This document shows positions 1 to 9,168 of a stretch of DNA of 20,000 bases, in pieces. The stretch lies in contig NW_008246087.1 of assembly GCF_000281045.1 (NCBI RefSeq), positions 504,146 through 524,145 of the forward strand, in the 5' to 3' direction. Source of the DNA: Saprolegnia diclina VS20 (taxonomy: Eukaryota). The position numbers and the translations under genes are program-made. Under the pieces are notes generated by a model, which saw only the letters and a program-made list of their open reading frames with translations, searched no databases and had not been told where the DNA came from. Each line of letters opens with the position of its first letter. The stretch's first letter is position 1.

Positions 1-262
1 GCCGCTTGGCAACATCTCGCTCCTCTTCAAGGTAGTCCGGTCGTTGTAGCAAGAGAAAGAACCTGTGGTATAGGTCATGGAAGGGACGATTACTCCGACA
101 TTCACACCCACGTGCGCACCGTGGCTGCGCGACCTGGCGACCGCATGCAGTGCACATGACCCAAGCGCGCGACCATCGGCGGCTGATGTTCTCTTGGTGC
201 TGGCGCGCCTCGCACCGATCAAGGTCCCGTCCGAGCACCTCCACGGGGTGCAGCGCCTGTAG
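1..262 (+). CDS. 3' end of a TKL-family protein kinase (partial; exons <1-31 and 74-262)
   Basis: PLGNISLLFK | GT..AG intron 32-73 | VMEGTITPTFTPTCAPWLRDLATACSAHDPSARPSAADVL is kinase subdomain X-XI (CxxxDPxxRPS). It aligns by eye, with the same intron position, to the C-terminus of the downstream kinase (MGSFTLLYH|VMRGEMQPSFSSACPEWLKDVALRCVALNPDKRPTA). Confidence 0.85.
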
Positions 263-1071
263 CGACGTTAGATGTCGATCTGTGTTGCTCTTTGACAGAA
301 GTATATGGTTCAATCGGTGTGGAGCAGCTCGTTGTGACAGAGGCATCGCTGGCGCTCGTGCATCGCAGAACGGTGGAGCGACGCTGTCGCCGTCTTTCCT
401 CAAAACGTTGGTTCCCTGCCTTGTGGGTGGCGCGTACGTCATCGATGGTTGTCGCTCCAGCGTCAAAAGACGCGACGCACTGTGGGCAACGGCGTTGCAC
501 GTGAACGTTCTGGTATCGTCGATCGAACGCAGGAGGTCACTGCAGGAGGTCACTTGCACACGTGGTGAACAACCCTTTGTGGATCTGATGTAGGCATCAT
601 TTGGCGCAGCTGCCAGTACGACCATGCACGGCTAACTCGTCCTGGCACCAAGTCCGATACGAGCAGCGCCTTGACGCGACGACGACACTTGAAGTCCTCG
701 TAGCTCGCTGCGGCTGCTGCTTTCTAGCACACGTCCACGCACGTCGCTACCAGTACAGCACTTGTCTGTTCACAGCGGCGCTGTGCAGCTCGTGGCGCAT
801 GCTCGTAATCAACCTTCCGCGAGTGGGAGGGTGGTCAAAAATACCGTCGCGATTCCAAAAACACGGTACATTTATCAGATACAAGCGTCCCGGCTACGCA
901 CATGTCGCAGATCCAAACGGCAATGTCAAATGCCGACAAGAACGCGGCGAAGGGAAGCGGCGCGTCTGCTGACCTTGCAGCGAACAAGAGAACGTGAGTG
1001 TATCAGTGGCGACAGGCCATTCGTAGGGACCGGCGGACACCACGTGCGCCTCAGTGCGTCCACGGACAGTA

Positions 1072-3904
1072 ATGGGTCCCTTCAACAACTCAGATGCGCT
1101 TGAAGACGGTCGTGGCAACTCGTCAATTGACCTCGTGATGCCGTCTCTCCCCAGCAATCTGGCGTGCATCTTTGCGGGCTTTGCGTCGACGTTCACGTGC
1201 GACCGCCGCTTTTGCCCTACCGACAACTGCTGCCTCGTGGACGACGCCTGTCGACTGCTGCAGACGTACCCGTCGCCACCGACGTTCGTCAACGCTACGA
1301 TCGAGCTGCTGCACTCGCTGCCTCCCGTCGCCAGCGTGTAGACCGCGCGGTGTGATATTGTGTTCGACTACGTTCTTGTAGGACCTTTCATGGCAATGGC
1401 CTGCGCCAAATCGGCTTGGCTACCGACGCTGCGGCGATGACGTCGAGTCCCACGACGTCCATGTACTCGACGTTTCAACTCGCAACCAGCTCACGCATTC
1501 TGTAGGTGGGTGCGTGCGAACCCGCAGGTGAACGGGACAGTGCTGCTGCCCGCAACCATGACCGACGTGTACGTCAGATGCGCGACTCGTTCCATTCTCA
1601 GTCGCAACAGGTATTTTGCCGACTTGACGGACGATCCCCACCGGTCGTTTGTGTGGCCCAAAGCGCTGCGCTCCCTGTATGTTTCATAGTCTTTTCGATA
1701 TTGCATCGGTTGAGTCTGCGAGTAGGTCGATGGACGACGCAGCGTTCGCCGTCGACACGCCGCTGCCAGCCTCGCTCGAGAGCTTGTAGGGCCACCCCTA
1801 TCGTATGGCGTCTCACTTTGTCGGTGTAGTCACTGCAGCAACTGCGGCTGGTCGCGTGTCCGGCATTCGTACGAATGGCCCCCCGCCCTAAAGCACCTGT
1901 GCGCCGTGGTGCTGACATCGTAGACGCTCATTATGGCGTAGGACCCTACGTCGCAACCGCATGCAGTCGTTCACAGCCAAGCACTCGTGGCCATCGACGC
2001 TGCAGACACTGTAGACTATGATGCATTCCATCCATTCACTTATCGCAACGGCGTGCACTAGGGACGTGTCGAGCAACCTCATTGAGCTCTTCGAGGGCCT
2101 TCCCGTTGTCAAGTCACTGTACGTTCTACAATCTATAGTGGACAAGGTGTAGACTCGAACCAACTAGCAACATGCGTCAGAACCGCTTGCGCTCGATTCA
2201 CCTCTCGGTCCACATGTGGGCCGACAACTTGTACGAGTAGACAAGTTACATTATCGCACAGGGCTCATCCAAACGCTAGGGACTTTTCAAGCAACCCGTA
2301 CCTTGAATCTGTTCAATGTGCGCAACTGCCGCACCCATTTTCGTTCTTGTACGTACACTCTGGTTTTTGAGTTCATAGTAGTAAACACTATGTAACTGCA
2401 GAAACTTGACCAACTCGTCGTACGCGACGCTGTCGCTCGACAAGAGCTGCGTCAAGGCGCTGGGATTGGCGGCCGACAAGTCTGCAGCCGAGTTTGTCGT
2501 TGTCCCCAAAAGCTATCTCAATGGAAAGCCGTCGTGTCCGTTTGGGTGCTCGGCGTCGCTGACGGTCACCATCGACGCCGAGCCAAGCGCCATTGCCGTC
2601 TGCAACATGACAGGTTTGCATGTTTCGATGGTCACCGGAATGCCCACACTGCTCCGTAGATGTCCTGACGACGCAGCTCTGGATCGGTATCTATATTGCG
2701 GAAAGCGTCCTCGTCGTGCTCGCCATCGTCGTCTTCGCGCTTCGACTCACTCGGTCGTTTTGCTTTGCATTGACAACGACCAACACGAGCACCCACGACG
2801 GTATCGAGCTCGAATTCATCCCAGCGCTACTCTCCGACGACGAGATTCGCCGCCTGTTGCCACTCGAGCCCTACCGGCTGCGTGCGCCACTGACACTGTA
2901 TCCCCGGTCGATCCTGGGGCGCGGTGCGACCTCTGACGTTGTCCTTGGGTCGTACCACGCGCAGTATGTGGCCGTCAAGCAGATTCGCCGCGATCTTGTC
3001 TCGTCCGAGATGGTCTGCGCCTTTGTCGACGAGATCCGCCTCATGGCGCGGTACCATTCTATCGCACTCTCGGTGCCCAACTCATGTACGGGCTCCTAGG
3101 TTTTCATGCCCGTATCTGGTCAGTTTTGTGGGCGTCCAATGGTCGACGTTCTTGCATCTGCAGTGCGTCGTCGAACACATGGCGCACGGCGATCTGCGCT
3201 CGTACTTGGAAACACACCGTACACTGCCGGCCGACGCGCAATGGCGCATGGCGCTGGCCGTAGCGCAAGCACTCGTGTACCTCCACGCGCATAGCGTCGT
3301 GCACCGGGATGTGAAGTCACGAAATGTCCTCCTCGGCGAGAATCTGCAAGCCAAAGTCGCCGACTTTGGTGTCGCGCGCCGCGTGGCCAGCAAAGACGAC
3401 GAAGTCATGACGAGTGCCGTCGGAACGTTCCGCTGGACGGCGCCCGAGGTGCTTCAAGGCGCCCGCTACGACACGAAAGCGGACATTTACTCGTTTGGCA
3501 TGGTACGTGCAATGCCACAAGGTAGCGCAGGAGGAAACGCTTTCATGATGCAGGTGCTCACGGAGCTCGACTCGCGCAAAGTACCGTATGCGGATGTTCG
3601 CAATGGCCGCGGCCAAGCCATGGGCAGCTTTACGCTTCTCTACCACGTACGTCCGAGTCGTTGTTCGACAACAGCTTAGAAGGTTGTGTGTTTGTAGGTG
3701 ATGCGAGGCGAGATGCAGCCATCCTTCTCATCCGCGTGTCCCGAGTGGCTAAAGGACGTGGCACTGCGCTGCGTGGCGCTCAATCCGGACAAGCGTCCCA
3801 CGGCGCGCGAGGTCGTCCAGGCTCTTGAGGACGCCAATATCTTTACCATTTTGAACGACGATGATGACGCGGACACATCGAGTGAAAGCTCGATCGCGCA
3901 CTAA
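1072..3904 (+). CDS. LRR receptor-like kinase (Cys-rich N-cap, ~10 LRRs, TM, TKL kinase), ~722 aa, 15 exons
   Basis: Hand-spliced exons 1072-1337, 1382-1462, 1506-1568, 1611-1676, 1726-1785, 1830-1898, 1942-2010, 2062-2118, 2168-2230, 2280-2348, 2402-2613, 2660-3050, 3100-3502, 3554-3646, 3698-3904 give 2169 nt in one open frame, all introns GT-AG and 42-53 nt. LRRs include LKHLTLRRNRMQSF, LQTLDVSSNLIELF, VKSLNMRQNRLRSI. TM segment LWIGIYIAESVLVVLAIVVFAL. Kinase motifs LGRGATSDV, VAVK, HRDVKSRN, DFG, GTFRWTAPE, DIYSFG. Start codon is uncertain. Confidence 0.9.
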
Positions 3905-4090
3905 GCCAACAACCTATTTACAGTGCTGCAGTACTATGATGCATGGTGGGAGAACGTTATGGTGAATTCTCGTGCTGCCACGTCATTTTGGAACATGACG
4001 TGGCACCGTCTCGGCGAAGCAGACTGCATACGGCAATTGGCCGTATCTTTGGCAGTTGCAGCAGTGGATCTTGTTCATTGTGACCGTTCG

Positions 4091-4799
4091 ATGCCGTCGC
4101 TCAAGGTACTCGTCGTTGGCCCCAAGGAAGGAGGCAAGACTGCGGTAGCTACGCTAGACAAACTATGTACATACTCTTGGGACGTGCATAGATCGCCAAC
4201 TTTCTCGCCGAGGGCACGGACCGACTGGGGAACCAAGAGCGGTACCAGCCCACGATTGGCGTCCGGTGCGTCATTCATACATCTTTCCAAGTGGTTGATA
4301 CCCAAGAACGTAGTATTCTTGAGTGTGAGAAGAACCTGGGGCGCGGCCAAGTGAGCTTGGAGTTTTGGGACTGCTCGGGCGATCAAATGTAGCACGTGCC
4401 GAATCTGGCGCTGGTATCTGACGCGCTTTGGTAGCTACGAAGCGTGCTGGCCTGCCATTCTGAAGGATGCGCACGCAACGCTGCTCGTGTACAACCCCGA
4501 GAGCCACGTCCACGAGAGCGAAGTGACCTTGTGGTATCCTCGCTGCGTCGCCCGCGCCAAATAAGAGCTTGTTTAGGTACGAGTGGTTTGTGCAGAACGC
4601 AGGCCTGGACCCGAGCCAGTGCCTCGTCTTTGCACATTCGCCCAACAAGACGGGCGGCCGCGGGAAAGTGAGCCTCCCGCCGACGCTCAAGACGGTGCAG
4701 ACCAACTACGAGACCGCGACGGTGCTCAAGTCGGAATTTGACGCGTTCCTTCTCACGGTCCAGGACGCCGTGCAGCGACAGCAGCGCAGTCGCAAATAA
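4091..4799 (+). CDS. IFT22: Intraflagellar transport protein 22 (RABL5), atypical small GTPase, 5 exons
   Basis: Exons 4091-4144, 4192-4265, 4314-4388, 4435-4533, 4577-4799 give MPSLKVLVVGPKEGGKTAIANFLAEG..YQPTIGVRILECE..LEFWDCSGDQIYEACWPAILKDAHATLLVYNP..WYEWFV..CLVFAH. The P-loop, PTxGVRILE, WDCSGD and 'CWPA' motifs, and the absence of NKxD, match IFT22/RABL5. Confidence 0.93.
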
Positions 4800-5246
4800 G
4801 CTCGGAAGCGCCCTCCGATACAAATAATCCGGTTCGTTTCATGTAAACTTTGCCGCGATCCAAACGCTCGGCAGTGGATCGATGACGAAATTGTACATAC
4901 GATTTGTAGTTACCAGCAGCATTCACGAAGGTTTGGCAGTCTGTGGTTGGTCGACTCGACTGTTGAAGACTGTGGTGGCATGAGACAGACGCAGTTGCTG
5001 CTGTCCGCTAGTCGCCACGCGTTCGTTGGCGAGCAAACCTCCTGGCCTTCTACACGATTACGTTATGAGCTCTGAGCTACCCGATGTTCTCGAGGATTTG
5101 CACGGCTACGACTACTCGGTCAGCCGTCGCGCGTTGTCCGCCCTAGCCCTAGCTCAACTCGATCATTCGACACTAGACTGTGCAATGCAAGGCTTTGAAA
5201 GTTAGCACAACGGGGCCTACAGCGAATGTCGCACCAGACGCGATGG

Positions 5247-8200
5247 CTACACAAGCGGGCGCTTTTGGTACATAGGTGTCGTAAACTCGGTGTGCATGGC
5301 TTTGGCTTTGGTTGGGCTGAGGCTAAACGGCTTTCGCGACGGCCGCCGGGGCTCGCTCGCGTGCTCCTCCTTGCGGGCGCGACCGAATCGATGCGCCGCA
5401 AACGCCACAAGTACCAGAACGGCGACCGCGGCTGCGATGATGAACGCAATCGCTGTCGTGCTCAAGGCCGGGCCACTGGCGCCGGTGATGCCCGCATCTT
5501 GTTCGTGGACGACGACCACGCCGTTGGCAAACTCGGTGGTTTGGACAGCGCCAATGCTGGTGACGCTGTGGAGCGCCGCCGTGGTTTGCAGCATCTTGAG
5601 CAGCGGCGCATCCGTGCTATTGGTCGCAATGAGCGTGTAGAGATCGCTGTTGAGATCGCTTTTGGCGGCCAAATGCAGTTGGAGCCCTGCCGTCTGCGGT
5701 GACTCGCTTGCGAGGCTCAGCAGCACGACAGATGCATTCCAGTGAGCACTCAAACGCGTAGTGAGCGCCGAGAGCTGGTAGGTACTCATGTACGCCAACG
5801 CGTACCCGCCGAGATGGAGCTTGACGTCGACGTAGTTGAGCCATGCGTTGGGCGCCCGACACTGATCGGCGCCTCCGGCACTCGTTTGCCCCGGGGCACA
5901 GGGCGTGCAGGACGAGGTCGCACCGCCGACGCATTGCGTATTGGCGTCGCACGAGCATGGAATGCATTTGGTCGACCCGCCATTCGAGAAGTACCCCGGG
6001 GCACACAAGGTGCAGTTGGCGTTGGATGCTGACGCCGGTGGCGTCGAGTCGCCCACTTCACACGCGGCCGCGGTGCACTGCGCGGCGCCGCCGGCCGAAA
6101 CAAGGCCCGCAGCGCAGGGAAAGCACTGTCCGTCAACCACGTCAGCGCCCTACAAACAATACCGCCCGTGAGAGCCTTGCACATTGCGTGATAGTCTACC
6201 TTGGGGGAGCTGTAGCCAGGCGCGCACGCCGTCTTGGCACAGAGCGTGGCCCCGCCGGGTGAGAAGTAGCCGGCGTCGCACACACCACAGGTCGAGTCTG
6301 TATGTGCCGCACCCGCTTGGGTCGCGCCGGTGCCCCGGGAGCAGGTCATGGGCGCGCAGTCGAACCCTGCGCCAGGCGAAAAGTACCCGAGTTTGCATTC
6401 GTAGCACTGCTCGGTCGCCGACGACGCGCCGGGTGGCGATCCGTACCCCGGGCTGCACGCGGTCACCGCGCACGTGGCATTGCCTCCGGCGCTGAACTTG
6501 CCAGCGACACATTTCGTGCACGAGCCATTCACCGAGGTTGCGCCGATTTGGGACGCAAACCCCGGGGCGCACGTCGTCGGTCCCAGGCAGGGGCTCGTGC
6601 CGCCGACGGAATACCTTCCGACAGCGCACGCTGTGCAGTTGGCCACCGGGTCCGAGGCCCCGGAAGGCGACGACGAGCCGGGCGGGCACTGCGTCGGGCG
6701 ACACTCTGTCGAGCCACCGACACTGTAGGTGCCCTGCGGACACGTGTTGCACTGAAGCACGGGGTCTGTCGCGTTCGCTGCGGATGCTGTGCCCGGGGCA
6801 CACGTTGTTGGTCGTGCCGGCGCTGCGCCCCCAGAGCAAAAGTGACCAGCCGGACACATCGTACAATTGCCAATGGCGTCGGTCGCGCCAGCAGCTGCCC
6901 AGCTTCCGGGAGCACACGTCGTTGGCGCGCATTGGTGCGACGCGCCCACGCTGAAGGTTCCGTTGCTACAGAGCGTACACGTCGCATCGATATCCGAAGC
7001 GCCCGTCGAGTGGGATGCGAATCCTGGCTTGCAGCTCATATCGGCGCACGAACTCGTTGAGCCGTTGCTATAGAGACCTACGCCACAGGCGATACACTGG
7101 TCGGTGGCGGTCGTCGCGCCTACATGTTACTCAGTACGACCCAAACGAAGCCATTCAAGTCGTACCTGGTGCCGCCGCCGTGCCTGGTGCGCACGTGCAC
7201 GGCGCACAATTCGCCGACCCGCCGGCGCTAAACCAGCCAGTAGGGCACGTACTGCACTGTGCGACGGGATCGAAGGCGGCGGCCGGCGCCGCTTGGCCAG
7301 GAGCACACGTTGTTTCGAGGCATACACTGCTGTTGCCGCGGCCAAACGTGCCTTGGGGGCACACCTTGCAGTCCGCCACGCCATCACTGGCGCCGAGAGG
7401 CAGTGCGTAACCCGGTGCACAGAGCCCGGGAGCGCACTGGGTGCCACCCCCAGCGCTAAAGAAGCCGTGGACGCACTCTTCGCACATGCCTTGCGAGAGG
7501 TGCGCGCCGGGGGCCGCCGACGCGGTGCCCGGTGGGCACAACGTCGCTGCGCACGGGTGGTTGAAGCCAATACTAAACGTTCCCGGCGCACAAATCGAGC
7601 AGTTGGCAGTGGCGTCCGACGCGCCGAGAGCTGCACCGGATCCTTGGGGGCACGCGGTGGGCTTGCAATGCGCGTCGCCGCCTTGTGCGTACGTTCCAAG
7701 CGGGCACAGCTCGCACTGCGACGTCGGCGACGTCGCGCCCTCGGGGGCAAACGTACCGGGCGCACAAGCCGCCGGGGTGCACACGCCAGCGCCGCCCATC
7801 GAGTACGTGCCAACTGGGCACCCCGTGCATTCTGTTGCCGACGCCGCCTTGGCGTCGGCTGCCCAGCCAGGAAGGCACGTCGCCGGTTTGCACGTGGTGT
7901 CGCCTACTCGCCGCATACGTCCGTTGGCTGTCAAACCGTCAACGATCGTAGTAGTTGTACCTGCGGCTGCGTAGTAGCCGCGCTCGCAAGCAACGCAGAG
8001 CGAGGCGCCACCGTGGGAGATGTGACCAGCAGGACACGTGCCGCACTGATCACTAGCACTGGCGTTGGCGACGCCGGTCGTACCGGGCGCACACTTCATA
8101 TCGACGCATCGCGACGCATTGCCCGCTGAAAACTGTCCGAGGGCGCAGGTTGTACACGTAGACGTCGGGTCGGCGGCCTTGACATTGGACGACGCGGTGC

Positions 8201-8646
8201 CCGGCGCGCAGGCCATGGCCGAACACGCCATGCTCGCCCCGAGGCTGTACATGCCAGCGCCGCACGCCAAGCAGTCGGTCGGGTCGTTGGAGCCAGCGAC
8301 CATACCATACCTACGCCAAACCGCCTTGATGCAAGAGGAGGGGGGGCCGCGCGACGCACCCTGGGGGGCATGTGGCTGGGTTGCAGATGGACTGCCCGCC
8401 GCTGCTAAAGTACCCCGACGGGCACACGGCGCAGTCGGTGGCGTTGACCGCGCCAGCCGACGCCGCAAACCCTGGCGCACACTGCACCGGCTTGCACGTT
8501 GAGTTGCCCCCCGCGCCGTAGAGGCCTTGGATGCACTGGACGCAGCTGGACGTGGTCGTGTCAACGCCGTAGCCCGCGTCGCACGAGAGTGCCACCGACG
8601 TCAGCGCGCAGTGGCTCAGCGCCGCAACGTACACGAGGAGCCGCAT
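5247..8646 (-). CDS. Cysteine-rich repeat type I membrane protein (GCC2/GCC3 ephrin-receptor-like repeats), ~1065 aa, 5 exons
   Basis: Exons 8646-8360, 8310-7961, 7903-7166, 7119-6200, 6149-5247 give 3198 nt in frame. N-terminal signal-like MRLLVYVAALSHCALTSVALS, then over 20 CxxC-containing units (CxxCxxGxF/YSxGGxxxCxPxxCxPG), a Cys-free juxtamembrane domain, TM segment TAIAFIIAAAVAVLVLVAFAA and a basic ~48-aa tail. Confidence 0.88.
5860..8585 (-). repeat. Coding tandem array of ~39-aa, 4-Cys repeats (diverged at DNA level)
   Basis: Recurrent CxxC..G(T/Y)(F/Y)S.GG...C.P..CAPG.....GA units in the translation, e.g. CELCPLGTYAQGGDAHCKPTACPQGSGAALGA and CNTCPQGTYSVGGSTECRPTQCPPGSSSPSGA. Confidence 0.85.
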
Positions 8647-8661
8647 AAGCGATCGAGGGTT

Positions 8662-8678
8662 CAAATGCGAGGATGAGA
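8662..8678 (-). promoter_or_regulatory. Inr+FPR-like oomycete core promoter element of the Cys-rich gene
   Basis: Minus strand reads TCTCATCCTCGCATTTG, ~16 nt upstream of the ATG at 8646, resembling the oomycete TCAYTY..CAWTTY initiator/flanking motif. A CCAAT-like GATTGGCC lies further upstream at about 8728-8735. Confidence 0.5.
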
Positions 8679-9168
8679 GCTAAAGAACAACAAGACGCGC
8701 GCGTATCTTGGCGGCGTTTCCGCTTCTGGCCAATCCCAAGGCGCGTAGAACAACAGCGTCGTATCCATGACGTGGCGCGCTGTGGAGACATTCAACGCGA
8801 GCCAATACATGATGCTTTGAGCCTTCATAATTCTAGACACACCTGTACTTGGCCACTGAAATGATCGCAGCGTTGTGGCTCCGCGCATAGAGCGTGGACT
8901 GGCATGTTATCGCACCGTGGCGGACGACACTTACATGCGTGCTAATGGGAGGGTGACAGCGCTGCACATGACAAGCGAAAGACGTAGCGTTGACGCATAG
9001 AGTAAGAGCCTGCTCTCTCGACCGGATGGACACGATGAAGTATGAGTCCCCCACTGCTGTTGTACGAGATGCTGGAGTATACCGAGTGACACCGTTGTGA
9101 GCCAAGAGCCAAGAGACACGCAGGTGAAATAGGACGATTAGGTTAAGATGGATTTAGTTGGATGCCGA

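Noticed and set aside
1054..4799. Fragmented ORFs suggesting pseudogenes of the kinase and GTPase
   Set aside because: All breaks are resolved by canonical 42-53 nt GT-AG introns that give continuous reading frames.
5247..5280. C-terminal -RPLV of the Cys-rich protein as a ligand for the neighbouring formin PDZ-like domain
   Set aside because: Position -2 is Pro, which is not a canonical class I motif, and gene adjacency in eukaryotes is weak evidence of interaction.
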